Assembly (NCBI RefSeq): GCF_006345805.1 | Contig: NC_043002.1 | Coordinates: 118,482,001 to 118,546,000 of the forward strand | Direction: 5' to 3' | DNA from: Octopus sinensis | Taxonomy: Eukaryota | Length of the DNA stretch: 64,000 nt | Part shown: in pieces, positions 11,848-24,500 of the stretch | Layout: every line of letters starts with the position of its first letter | Position numbering within the stretch: position 1 is the stretch's first letter | Translations under genes and position numbers: made by a program | Notes under the pieces: model-generated | What the model saw: the letters and a program-made list of their open reading frames with translations, nothing else | Databases searched by the model: none | What the model was told of the DNA's origin: nothing

Positions 11848-13336
11848 AAGACAGGGAAAACTCCCCGGCCAATCAGGAATCACTGCAGAGATGCTCAAAA
11901 TATCTGTCAGTGTCGGCTATAGCCTAGTCACCCATATAGTTAACCAGGTGATACACAAAGGAGTTGTACCCAATGACTGGTGTAGCAGCACTATAGTCAA
12001 CTGCTACAAAGGTAAAGGTGACGCTTTATATACAAATAATTACAGAGGTATCAAGTTGTTGGATCAGGTAATGAAGGTCACAGAGAGGGTCATAGCCCAA
12101 CTAATTAGGGAGAGAGTCAGTTTAGATGAAATGCAGTTTGGGTTTGTGCCAGGGAAAAGCACCACTGATGCCATATTTCTGGTAGGCAGCTGCAGGAGAA
12201 ATACCTAGCCAAAGATAAACCTATGTACCTGGCTTTTGTTGACAAGGAGAAAGCCTTCGACAGGGTCCCCCGATCCCTTATCTGGTGGTCAATGAGGAAA
12301 CTAGGGATAGATGAATGGTCAGTGAGAGCTGTGCAAGCCATGTACAGGGACGCTGTCATTAAGGTGAGGGTTGGCAACGAGTACACTAAAGAATTCAGGG
12401 TAGAGGTAGGTCCACAAAGAATTCAGGGTAGAGGGGTCCACAAAGATTCAGTCTTCAGCCCTCTCCTATTTATCTTATTGTCCTCCAGGCAATAATGGAG
12501 GAATTCAAGACAGGATGCCCCTGGGAGCTCCTCTATGCTGATGACCTTGCTCTAATTGCTGAGTCACTATCAGAACTCGAGGAGAAGTTTCAGGTGTGGA
12601 AACAAGGATTAGAATCGAAGGGCCTTAGAGTCAACCTAGCTAAAACCAAAGTCCTAATAAGTAGGAAGGCAGGCAAACCTCAAATCCATTCAGGTAGATG
12701 GCCCTGCTCGATATGTAGAAAAGGCGTAGGTAGAAACTCTAAAGCTAAGTTTAGAATCGAAAGGCCTTAGAGTCAATGTTACAAAGACTAAAGTTCTAGT
12801 AAGTAGGAAGGTGAACACATCATACACCCCTTCAGGTAGGTGGCCCTGCTCAATCTGTACAAAAGGTGTAGGTAGAAACTCCATAAGATGTATCCAGTGT
12901 AAACTATGGACACATAAGAGGTGCAGCAATATCAAAGGAAGGCTAACTGGGAAGATAGAAAAACTAGAAGTAATTGATAGCTTCTGTTACCTAGGTGACC
13001 AAGTCAGTAGCAGGGGAGGGTGTGCTGAAAGTGTAGCTGCTAGAATAAGAATACCCTGGGAAAAGTTCAGAGAGCTCTTACCTCTGCTGGTGACAAAAGG
13101 CCTCTCGCTCAGAGTAAAAGGTAGACTGTATGACACATGTGTATGAACAGCTATGCTACATGGCAGTGAAACATGGGCCGTGACTGCTGAGGACATGCGT
13201 AAGCTCACAAGGAATGAAGCCAGTATGCTCTACTGGATGTGTAATGTCAGCGTGCATACTCAACAGAGTGTAAGTACCTTGAGAGAAAAGTTGTACCTAA
13301 GAAGCATCAGCTGTGGTGTGCAAGAGAGACGACTGG
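11848..13336 (+). mobile_element. RTE LINE internal fragment (RT region), chimeric, truncated at both ends
   Basis: ORFs 11891-12208, 12223-12495, 12495-12770 (YADD), 12811-13146 and 13153-13416. Confidence 0.9.
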
Positions 13337-14750
13337 TTTTGCTCATATTCAAAGACAATAACAGTGGCAATACACAGCTACACAACACATATTTTCGTCC
13401 CCAAGCAGGACCGTAGCCTGACAAAATAAGTCTAGAATGTTAATGTATTTTGAAATCTTTTCCCAATCAGAATCGAACAGTTTTGGACCTTTATATTGCT
13501 TCTCTTCACCTGACATGCAGATTGTAATTGCTTCTCTGGCCTGCAGCAGACTCTGCAGCATTAGAAAAGTACTTTTCCATCCTGTTGGAACAACTTGCTG
13601 TAGCTTACGCAATGGTGAATCCCTACAGTTCTGCAATTGAATTGTGTGGGTAGGGCTATGTTTAAAATGTCCTATGATTTTTTCGATATTTAACAAACAA
13701 TGTTTCTGTATCTGTGGCTTTAATTCCATGCAATATGCTCAACTGCAGGCTATGAGCCAAACACAGAACATGAGCAAAACCAGTTTGATTTATTGCTGAA
13801 ACCAAATTTCATGCATTGTCCGTTACTAGAACCTGAATCTTCTTTGTTATATCCCAGTCTTCTACAAATTGTTTATATAACTCAGCATCGTTGTCAGAAC
13901 AGTGACATTCAACAACATGCACACATTCAAGAATAACACTTATTAAATTCCAGTCATCAGCAATCCAGTGGCTGGTGATTCTGCTATAACTTTCATTACT
14001 TAGGGATGTCCAAAAATAAATGTTAGCACAGTTGCCTTTGAATTTTTCACTGCTTCTTTAACACTTTCTCTTTTGCTGTTAGAAATATCAGCCAACATTT
14101 TATCAGTAGCACACCAGCAAGGCAGTTTATATTTTATATTTTGAAGCACTATACACAATACTTGCTGACGACCATCATCTTCTACTATCGATATTGGTCT
14201 ACCACTATTAGCTATCCAGCTTGCAAATGATATTTTAATGTCACGTTGTATGGTAGCACTCACCAGATGATCAGACCGGTGATAAAACTGACTCAAAGTA
14301 GTCTGTTTGGAGGTAGATGACACCACTTGGCGGTAGACTGACAGAAATGAAGCTGACTTTGCAAGCTGAGGTTTTGAATACTGTAGCGAGTGTTTGTTTT
14401 GAAGGTGGTAAGTAAACGATGTGTTAGATCCATGGTATGTGAATGATTTGTTGCAATGGATGCAATAAACGTTATCAACAGCTTTGATATTACCATCAGC
14501 CAACAATTTAAATCCAAAATGTTCATGTAATCGACCTGATCATAGGTTTATATTTCATAACTTCATTCTTCTCTACCACCATTTTACTTTTGTTACTATT
14601 GCTTCCCGACTTCCGGCACATTTATTAATGATGGGTAGAAAATTAAATTTGAAACCGATTAATAAAAATTTAATCATTAAAACAAAAATTTAATCATTCA
14701 AATAAATTAAAGATTAATCGATTATTTAATCTTTAAATTCTGCAACGCTA
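13337..14750 (-). mobile_element. Decayed hAT transposon (BED finger, ZBED1/Ac-like), 5' end preserved
   Basis: ORF 14000-14506 has CIHC..HLQNKH (BED) and RPISIVED; ORF 13349-13729 has TGWKST (TRWNST-like); terminus TAGCGTTGCAG with ATTAATCGATTA subterminal motifs at 14700-14750. Confidence 0.85.
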
Positions 14751-15827
14751 ATATATATATATATCTATATACTAATAAAAGTGCAGTTCAATCTTGCTTG
14801 CTTGCAATGTTACACAGCCAAACTGGTACATAATAAGAAAGTACTATGAATTAAGTTACCCCTGAAATGTTAATATGAATGGAATAAAACAAGTTTCATG
14901 TAAATCGGAGCAGTAGTTATTGAGATATTTGGGGTTAGGTGGTATAAATGCCCAGAACGGTGCATAATGGGAAAATATTCTGAATATAACATCATCCTGA
15001 AAGGGAAGAGACTCTAACCTTTTGATTTAACACAGTGACTTGACAATGAAAAAATACGATTTGTTTCACTTTTGTAGAACACAATATATATATATGGATA
15101 CACATACACAATGTAGATAGGGTTAAAATCCATGCCATGTCCTCTTGCAATGCACTCTTCTACCTACAGTCATGCCTGTGCTAATACTGTTTCTGTGTTA
15201 GCTTACTGCATTCACTTAACAGATGGTTAATACTTTTGTCTCACTTCCCTACAGACTCTGCGTTTGCTCTCTGACTGAGTTTTACCTATAATCAAATAAT
15301 GCCTGAGTAAGGAACATTTCTTGTGAATTTAACATTTTCATATGTGGAACTCCTGACATCCTCTTGATGCAACAGATTGACTTTGATTAGCAAAAATCTT
15401 TATGTTTATATGCAAAGGAATCCTAAATTTTACAACTGATCATTTGTGAACTGTGTAGTGAGGAGACAAATGCTAGATTTCGGTTAGCTTTGCCCATAAC
15501 TGTTTCTGTTTATTGTCAGTGAACTTTGGTCTGAGAGGGAATTGATACTGTCTTATTGTGAAGTGATCATCTGTATCAGATGGTTGCAGGTTTATACAGG
15601 GAACCAGTAAAATATGTCCTGCATCAAAATCAGTAAGTTTACCTTATTTTATGAAAGTTATGGTAGCAGTTTCATTGAAAGTGGCTGTGAGAAATGAAAC
15701 AATAAAGAAAGGAACTGAGGTAGATAATGTCTGCAAATCTGGGTTATTTGTGTGTTGAGGAGGAAGAAAGAAGGGAAAAGGAAGAAAGGAAAGGAAGAAT
15801 GAGATATATATATATATATATATATAT

Positions 15828-16565
15828 AGTTATGGCTATTCTTTCTACTTAAAAGGGAGATCCCAGTAAAACCACAGCACTTAAAAGGCAAACAACGCAG
15901 GCAAAAGAGAAAGAAATGACGACAATCATTCTATATTAAGTCACCTACGGACGTACGTTTCGAAATTAAGTCATAGGAAAGCATAAAAATTAAATAATTA
16001 TGTCTTACCCAACTATTTTTCTCTTCAGCGTAGGACTCTTCAATCATAAATAATTGCGTCTCAATTATTAATAATTGTGTATTAAATTTGGAGGCACTAG
16101 AAGGGTGAATGAAAGTATGTCACCATCCTCCTCCCTGAATTTGGTGGTACTGGTAATGGCTTACGCTCGCTCTGATACCATGAGTTGAGGTGATGTCTTC
16201 TAGTGCCTCCAAATTTAATACACAATTATTAATAATTGAGACGCAATTATTTATGATTGAAGAGTTTTATGCTGAAGAGAAAAATAGTTGGGTAAGACAT
16301 AATTATTGTCGTCATTTCTTTCTCTTTTGCCTGCGTTGTTTGCCTTTTAAGTGCTGTGGTTTTACTGGGATCTCCCTTTTAAGTAGAAAGAATAGCCATA
16401 ACTCTTTGACTGCTATTTCTAAATTCGCTGTGTGGTGAGGCAAATCGTTGCTAAACCCTTAATTACTTAGTATTACTTAAACCTTCCTTGAATGGGGCTT
16501 TTACATGCCGAAATCTACTTGGTGAAATTAATGATTATTCCAAATTAATTAATTTCACCCTATAT
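15828..16565. mobile_element. Head-to-head inverted pair of PLE terminal repeats
   Basis: 99-bp perfect inverted arms 15828-15926/16305-16403 and 111-bp arms 15993-16103/16197-16307 (3 mismatches); TA runs on both sides. Confidence 0.85.
15944..16034 (-). ncRNA. Minimal type-I hammerhead ribozyme, intact core
   Basis: Minus strand CCTACG-CTGAAGA-GAAA..TTTC-GAAAC-GTAC-GTC-CGTAGG; 6-bp stem I, palindromic ACGUACGU stem III. Confidence 0.82.
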
Positions 16566-16574
16566 TATTATTGA

Positions 16575-16683
<109 letters not shown>

Positions 16684-17449
16684 AGGGAACAGAAAAAGAA
16701 AAAAGTTAAAGAAAGTGAGAGAAGTAAGCAGTGAAAGAGTCAATAAAAGAGAGAAGGAAGGAGGCAAGAAAGAGAAAGATAGTGAAAGAAAGAAAGGTAT
16801 GTGTGTGTGAGAGAGAGAGAGAGAAGGATGGAAGGAAGTAAAAAAGAGTGGAAGAGAAAAAATAGAAGGATGGGAAAAAGAGTAAGAAATAAAAGGAGAA
16901 AGATAGGGAAAAAGAAAGTGATAGAGAATGGAAGAAAGAGGAAGAAAAAAGAGGGAAGAGATGAAAGAAAGAAAAGAAAAAAATAGACAGGTAGACATAG
17001 GTAGTTAATAGATTACTAGATAGATGACATGTATTTATAAAAAAGTAACAAGGAAAATGTGTTTGTTTTGTTGGATTCTTGATGTGAAATTGTGTTTTGA
17101 AACAAATGTTATTCCTGGAGATGGTCATCTGTTGCCAATAAACACATGTGCTATTTATTTGATCTTCACTAGCTTTATTGAGAAATTAAAACCATATGAT
17201 GAGAGAGAAAGAGAGAGTGAAAGTGCCATTGTTATATGTCTGTATGCAGAGAGAGAGAGAGAAAGAGAGAGAGAGATGGAAGTTGTAAACTGAACAGAAA
17301 GTTGTGTGACAGATGACAGATGACAGATGACAGCTTTCACAATTATTATTCTATGGATTATTAATAATAATTGTTCCTTGCCAGCACCTTAATTATCATT
17401 ACTGTTTCTGTCTATAACCAACATAATCATTACCAATATTGGCTTCAGA

Positions 17450-17631
17450 TTTTGACACAAGGCCAGCAATTTTAAGGAAGGGGATAAGTTGATTGCATCC
17501 ACCTCAGTACTCAGCTGGTACTTATTTTATCAACCCTGAAACAATGACAAGTAAAGTCAACCTTGGTGGCGTATGAACTCAGAATGTAAAGACAGACAAA
17601 ATGCTGCTAACGATTCTGCTAATTTTCTGCC

Positions 17632-17669
<38 letters not shown>

Positions 17670-18225
17670 CTTTTCTACTAAAGGCACAAGGCCTGGAATT
17701 TGAGGGGAGAGGGACTGTCAATTACATCCACCCCAGTACATAACTGGTACTTATTTTATCAACCTTAAAAGGATGAAAAGCAAAGTTGACCCTGGCAGAA
17801 TTTGAACCCAGAACATGAAGGCAGGCGAAATGCTTGGGGGAGGGGCTGTTAATTGCATTGATCTCAGTGCTCAGCTGGTTTGTATTTTATTGACCCCAAA
17901 AGGATGAAAGGCAAAGTCAACTTTGGCAGCATTTGAACTCAGAACATTTGATGGACAAAATGTCCATTTTTGCTTAGTGTTCTAACAATTCTGCCAGTAC
18001 TACTGTTAGTAAATAAGGCTGCGAGCTGATGAAATTGTCAGCATCCTGGGAGAAATGCTCAGTGGCATTTTGCCCATCTTCACATTCTGAGTTCGAATTC
18101 CGCTGAGGTCGATTTTGCTTTTCACCCATTTGGGGTCAGTGAAATAGGTATCAGTTGAGATCTGGAGTTGATGTAATCGACCTTGCCCCGAAATTGCTGG
18201 CCTTATTCCAATATTTGAAATCAAT
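17450..18225. mobile_element. Cluster of decayed tRNA-derived SINEs (three minus, one plus at 18018-18225)
   Basis: Repeated GGCAAAGTCAAC..TTTGAACTCAGAA motifs matching the family at 57632. Confidence 0.7.
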
Positions 18226-18508
18226 ATCATTATTAGTAATTACTGACAATTCTATTGATAAATGTCTGTACATATCTAGACAGAATGGAGTTATTTCCCT
18301 TGACCTATATTTTATAAAGCTCAGTAGAAATGCCTTAATGTATATTTTTTATTGAAGTACACTGTTAGAACATAGCACATCACTTATACCTTATGACTTT
18401 CTGCAGAAGTAAACGTGAATGTGCCCTTAAATAATACTTGGCATTTGATAGGGCTTTTGTCTCTCTGACCAGTCTTTGTTGCTTAATTTAAATAAAAGAA
18501 TCACACAT

Positions 18509-18561
<53 letters not shown>

Positions 18562-19809
18562 ACACACACACACACACACATCATTATTCAAGAGTAAGTT
18601 CCTTTAACATTTTGGTACAGCTTAATACAACCATGAGCAAATGTACTAAGAAAAAAGTATATTTTTTGGAATAAACAGTTAATATTATTTCATTTTGTAT
18701 AAGATTTAAAATGTTCACTGCCATATTCAATCCTCAATCAATGTCCTATTTTCGAGTGCTAAAATCAAATGTGTCAAATGTTTTGTGGTACAGTGCTTCA
18801 TCTCTCCTTTGATACTTTTATTGTAAATGCTCAGAGTCTAGGATTGTTGTTTTGTAGACCTGATCACAAAGATAGCCCCAAAATAAGAAATTCGAAGGAT
18901 TCAGATCAGGGCTTCATCATCATCACTGTCATCATCATCATCATTGTTGTTGTTGTCATCAATGTCTCCATCATCATCGTTGTCATCATCATCATTACCA
19001 TCATTGTTGTCATCATCATCATTACTGTCATTGTCATCATCATCATGCCCACTTTTCCATGTTTCCATGGGTCAGATGGAGTTCATTGAGGGAGATTTTC
19101 TACAGCCACATTGGCCTTTCTGTTACCGACTTTCATCTATTTCCAAGTAAGGTAATATTTCCCCATGACCAGACATGTTTTTTCAAAAGTGAACGATGCT
19201 GCTTGTATGACAAAGACACTTCATTTACAACCATCATTCGATGGCAAGGCAAGAAAACACAAGCTACTCTTCTTTAAGTTTCTGTCTACCAAAATCCACT
19301 CACAAGACTTTGGTTGACACAGGGCTATAGCAGAAGACACTCACCCAAGGTTCCACAAGACTGTGTGGTTGGCAAGCAAACTTGTTAACCATGCAGCTAC
19401 TCCTGTTTCTTAGTGATAACACGATTGATCCATTTCTAGGCCACAAACATCTTAGAAATTATATATTAGTGACAGAGGCAATATTATTACTGAGAGGTAA
19501 TTAATATTACCTCTTTCACTAATATATATTTTCTAACATGTTCACTGGCTAATCATGATATCAGTGTCTGTTCTGACACTATTTTTCTATATAAAATTGC
19601 TGGTGTCGCTGCTGTCTGTTGTGGTTGAGTATCCATCATTGACAAGAGCAAGGAAGGTTGAAATCACGTGACTTGGTGGTCTCAGCATTGGAGATGGTGG
19701 GGAACACGTTTATCTCTTTGCTAGCTATATAAACAGAAGTGCATTTTGCACCAAGAGCTAATATGACAGTTTCTCCCATGGTACCTACTGTAATATAACG
19801 ATAAACGTC

Positions 19810-20114
19810 GCCCTTTTCAAGCCTAGCCAGGCTCATGGGCCCAGTTTCCCAGTTTCTGTGGCGTATGTGTTCCTCCCAGCTGGACGGGACACCAGTCCAT
19901 TGCAGCGTTACTCAAGAAACAGGAAGAGAGAGAGAGTGAGAGAAAGTTGTGGCGAAAGAGTACAACAGGGGTCGTCACCACCCCCTGCCAGAGCCTCGTG
20001 GAGGTTTTAGGTATTTTTGCTCAATAAACACACACAATACCCGGTCTGGGAATTGGAACTGCGATCCTCCGATTATGCGTTCGCTGCCTTAACCACTGGG
20101 CCATTGCGCCTCCA
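19810..20114 (-). mobile_element. tRNA-derived SINE (family of 46223-46548)
   Basis: Minus-strand head GGAGGCGCAATGGCCCAGTGG (A box). Confidence 0.85.
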
Positions 20115-20349
20115 TCTACTGTACTATAGTTTGTTCTGATAGAGCATCCACTTTTAAGTGGAGATAATTCTTAGAAATTGTGCTTTACGGTATTACTGTA
20201 CATTTTGGTCCTAGTGTACTGGTTTATTTTCTTATAGAATATTCCCAAGAATGTTCTCATTTTCATACCTAATACCAAAACTTCTGAACCATTGACAAAT
20301 GAGAACTCTTTATGATACTAAATGTTTTTACACCTTTCAGTAGATCTTT

Positions 20350-20396
<47 letters not shown>

Positions 20397-21539
20397 CACT
20401 TTTGATATCTGCTACGTTGGACTATGTGGAGTTTTTTGAATAGTAATAACCACTCTTATGGCTTTGTTTCTCTAATGATTGTTTGGTCTTTCAGATATAA
20501 GTTGGGCTTTAACTGCAGCTTTAAATTGCTTAAAAGTTTTACAAATGGTAATCTCTGATTTATTTCTTGTTTGCATATTGTTATATTGTGCCATATCTAG
20601 AACAAAAATTCCTTATTTGATAATGCCATTTTTCTATTACACACACACACACATAAATATATACTGTCAATGGTCACAGTGAAATGACTGAAACAAGTAA
20701 AAGAATAAAAGAAAGAATTGCAAAAATAGTATTAACAAATATATAAAAATCAGATTGAAGAATAAAAAATAAAACTTTTATCATTTAAATAATGGTAAAG
20801 TGACTCCGGAATCCTTACATGTGCACATGTACACACACACATACACCCCCACACAATTATATATGTGCACCCATAAATAGAAGTCTCACATTGAAGCACC
20901 TAGTCTTACACACTTACGTACAAATGTGTACTTATTCATATATGCCACTATCCATATATGTGTATATATGCACACACACACACGTGCACACACACGTGCA
21001 CACACATATACATACATTCACATATATGTGTTTGTGTATATATGCATATATATATTGATGCATACATCATCATTTAACATCTGTCTTCTATGTAATTCAC
21101 TAGACCAAAAGTCCCCTTGACTGAATGTAATAGTAGAGGGGGAGGCAGCTCTGTGCTAAGTGTTGGGAGGTGGAAATATGACAGGGACACAGAAACAGGT
21201 TTGTTAGGCTCTGCATTATGTAAGGGGAAGTAACTGAGGTCAAAGCTGGAAAAGAATATAAAGATGGTGGCAATGAGGTGTGAGAGCAAACCCTTAAGGT
21301 CCAAGAAGGTGAATAGAAGATGAGAATTGGCGAGAGGGTAAATGTTGCAAAAGTGTAGGAAGAGAGTAAGAAATGGTTAGAGATGGGATAAGGAGTAAAT
21401 GTAATGATAGGTGAACAAGAGTGGAGGGATGGTCACTGGCAAATGGTAAGAATGAGAAATGGATGTCAGTAGAAGTGGTATCTCTATATTTAAAATCCTT
21501 CATGCTTCTTTCTTTTCAGAATAACTAAGTATCTATCTG

Positions 21540-24500
21540 TACTGTTATCTATCTGTACACACTTTCTCACCATCCATGACCCTCTCTGATAAATTGTCTT
21601 GTAATCTCAAACATGTCATGCCTCTGACATTAGCAGAGCTTTTTACTTTTTGCTTCTCCCTTTGCTGAGTAACTTGTCACCAAGCTTCCTCTCTAGCTTT
21701 CTCATATGATTCTCTCCTCTCCTCGTTTTCCCAGTCTTTATAAGCCCTTCTCTCTGCTTTTATGGCTCAGCCTACTTCACTCTTCAACCATGATATTGTC
21801 CTCAGTCTGCCTGTAACTTTGCACCAACTGCAGATTTTGTATGTTTCCTTGAGTGTGTTGTCTCATAGGAAAATCCAGTTGTCCTCTATGTTTTACCTCC
21901 CCATCTCCTCCTTTATCTCATCAAATGCTCCAGCTAGTCCTCCTCTAAATCTCTGACTGTTCAGTAGATTGTTTTGCTTTCATATCTTCCTTTTCCAGAT
22001 TAGTCTGTGTCTCTAAGTCATTCCCTTTCTAAGTCTGAAGCTACCAACCACTATCATATGTTGGAATGTGCATTCTTCATTTGGGAAGGGCTTTGCATTT
22101 ATAACCATCTATTTATCCTGTTTTCTGATGAGAATGCAGAGAATGTAGTGAATTTGGCTTGTGAGCCTATGTGACTGATAGGTGATTTTTTTGAAGTTAG
22201 TGTTGTAGATCAAGTTCTTTATTCATAGAACTCCAAGAGCCTTGTTCCCTCCTCATTTCAAGAGCCTAAGCTGTAACCCCCATGTACTCCATGGAATCCA
22301 TCAACGTGTTCCCCAACTTGTGTCTTCAAGTCACTTGTCACAAAAAGAAAACCATTGCCATTTGTCATTGAAGTGAAAAGATCCTGTAGAATCATTCTTT
22401 GTGTTCATCTGCCAGTCCAGATTATACTATCACAAATTCTGACCACTTTAATCACTTTATCTATTTCCCTGCCAGAAGAATGCCTATGCCAGCCATCCCA
22501 TAACTATTGCCTGTTCAAAAGAGTTTATACCTTTGTTCTTTGCCCTTGAGGAGTTTGGCTGAGTCTCCCCACCATCATTCCTCTTGCACATAATACACAT
22601 CTACATATCGCCAATCTAGCATTTCAATAATTTCATTGGATCTATCTTTTATTATGCCAATATTGATTGTAGCGGCTTTGATGATGTGGATTTCACAGGA
22701 AGAGTGATTGGTAGCTGGGGGAATATTTTCTGCACCTGAAAATAAGTTTTGTATGAATATTTATCTGTAGGTAGTAGGCTCTTGCACATGTCCAATTAGA
22801 CAAATATTTACCACTCAATATATTACCATTTCCCTCAATTACTGAACCATTGGGGACGATCACCTTACCAGGAGGAAAGGAAGGAGAAAGAAGTAGAGGT
22901 GGATGATAAGAAGAGGGGGAGGTTCCCAGCTAGGCCTTAGCAAGCAGAAGGGAAAGGGTGCAAATAGCAATGGTGCATGTCTGTGTACATACACCACTAT
23001 GTATTTCATATCTACATATGTAAGTATTACACACACACATTCACATGCACACACGCACACACGCACACACATGCACACGCACACACATACACATACATAG
23101 ATAAGAATGTGAGATGGTAGAAGGGGACACACCCATCCATCATACTTATAAAAAGGAAAAAGGTGTGGTACAAAGTTGCTGGCTTGGTGGGTGGGAATTT
23201 TAGAGCAAATCATGTATGTCTCTAATAGAGGTGATAATGGTGGGTGGGGTGGCAGAAGCAGGTAAAAAGGTTCAGATAATGCAAACACAAATGCTACTTT
23301 CTCTCCATGATATTTGTAACAAGGTAAAATTATTATTACTCTCACTTTATAGTAATTTTAGTCATTTTATATATGAATAGTGAGCCAATCCAATATCGCA
23401 GAATATTGCAAGTCCAATATTGCAAATCCAATATTACATAATATTGTTTGTTAGTGATTGCGTTCGTGTGTGTCTGTGTGTGTGTATGTATGTATATGCA
23501 AGTAAACCAGGTAAATTCTGAGCTTCTCTTCTTTAATATATAATATATAATCACACTGTATGATAATTTTGCATTTCCTTCTTTCTTCCCAATCATTTAT
23601 CAGTAAAACTATGCTTATTAGTAAAAGTATATGATACAATGTAATAATAATTCTAGCACATACTTCTTGTTATATATATTTCTTGTTAATATTAAATCTT
23701 TGGAAAATTTCCATTTTTCATTTAAATGTATATATACATAAATTATGTGATTTTAAGTAATAATTTTATTAGGGGAAAGAGCATAATCTGTCTGTATCTT
23801 TCCAGCTCCTCTCTCTCAACATCTCTCTTAGAGATTTATAGGATATATTCTTCTGGAAACTAACATTACCAGCACTGCCTGTTTATATTTTGAAGTATGA
23901 TGTAGATTGTCTGCTGTTGTCTTGTACTTGTGTATGAAACTATCTCGTATTTGTGTATGTGTGTGTCATAGTTCAATTGTTTAAGGATCAGATGTGTGAC
24001 ACGTTCTGGATTGCAAGAGAGTGCATCAGAGAGAATCAAAATGTAGGTGAGAAGTGTGTAGAAATGGATAACAGTACATTTGTGCTCAGTGATTCTGAAA
24101 AGAAAGAAGTATGGAAGTGATACTATGAAAGGTTATTAAATGTAGAGAATGCATAGAAAAAAGAAAGTCTTTCAATTATGGACCAAACAAAGGGAAGGGC
24201 AATTCTAGTTGATAGCAGTATAACAGATAAAGCAATCAAGCCCTTGGTCAATCAGGAATTATGACTGACATGCTGAAAATATTGAACAGAGCAGGACACA
24301 GCCAAGTTACCTGCGTAGTTAATTAAGTTGCACAAGAAGGTGTTATACCCAATGAGTGGTGTAGCAGTTTTGTAGTCAACTGTTACAAGAGTAAAGGTGA
24401 TGCCTAAGCAAAAGGTAATTACAGAGGCATTACGTTGCTGGAGCAGGTCAGGAAGGTTACAGAAAGAGTTATAGAACAATTAATGAGGAAGAGAATTAGC

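Noticed and set aside
16030-16034. ADAR A-to-I editing fixed by reverse transcription as the cause of the three G/A arm differences
   Set aside because: Hammerhead stem I pairing shows the G state is ancestral, so the change is C-to-T in the other arm, not A-to-G.
16169-16180. GCTCTGATACCA, the reverse complement of the plant tRNA-iMet primer-binding site TGGTATCAGAGC
   Set aside because: No LTR or TG..CA context, and the animal iMet 3' end differs; probably a chance 12-mer.
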